DNA of 61,890 bases, counting the filler. It is 8 parts of 8 records of this genome, joined end to end, with 100 filler letters (N's around TTAATTAATTAA, not from the genome) between each part and the next. Parts side by side here need not be neighbours in the genome. Positions count along the whole stretch, not along the records: positions 55,936 to 61,890 come from SRR31156797_21334; 7 more parts are not named here. The stretch is one strand, 5' to 3'. Made by a program: the position numbers and the translations under genes. Under the pieces are notes generated by a model. The model searched no databases. It saw only the letters and a program-made list of their open reading frames with translations, and was not told the origin of the DNA. This document shows positions 61,827-61,890 of this stretch, piece by piece. The number at the start of each line of letters is the position of its first letter. Within the stretch, counting starts at the first letter, position 1.

Positions 61827-61887
61827 CAAATATAGAGAAATAAAGAAGCTGAATTTCGATTTTAACTTTTCCTTAACAGATTTTAAC
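61827..61887 (-). promoter_or_regulatory. Promoter of the kinase/regulator operon with three GTTAA repeats
   Basis: Minus strand TATATTTG (-7 element) at 61834-61827; plus-strand TTAAC at 61862, 61873, 61883. Confidence 0.55.
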
Positions 61888-61890
61888 CGG

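Overview
This window is not one genome region. It is eight unrelated contigs joined by artificial 100-nt linkers (44 N + TTAATTAATTAA + 44 N); taxonomic labels below are inferred from gene content and base composition. (1) 1-5103, GC-rich, possibly spirochaete: Ig/CARDB surface protein, satP, a lipoprotein NrfA with no adjacent NrfH, and convergent System II cytochrome c maturation genes. (2) 5204-11686, Bacteroidota: murein-peptide recycling pair (epimerase + NlpC/P60), pseudouridine synthase, S9 peptidase. (3) 11787-19070, Desulfobacterota-like: amtB-glnK-glnD-glnA, PilZ, manC. (4) 19171-27945, Bacteroidota: TPR-lptC-CNNM-ppiD locus. (5) 28046-41965, Campylobacterota (Arcobacteraceae-like): pyrH-rpoZ-spoT-tyrS-fabX, DEAD helicase, a Slam/type XI secretion pair, leuA. 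(6) 42066-48427, Bacteroidota accessory genes with deletion scars. (7) 48528-55835, Campylobacterota: sensor kinase, EF-hand protein, oorDABC, OmpA, HTH-dUTPase. (8) 55936-61890, Bacteroidota: nadB, cupin, yiaK, MazG, SDR, RprXY-like two-component system. I saw no rRNA, tRNA, CRISPR array or transposase. The strongest leads are: a Slam/T11SS translocon with an unusual FecR + 5x cadherin-like + TbpB-barrel cargo; an unannotated Leu-rich leader peptide ahead of campylobacterial leuA with no classical terminator; an HTH-fused dUTPase preceded by an unannotated 55-aa four-Cys protein; and two promoters of identical geometry driving an EF-hand protein and its neighbour.
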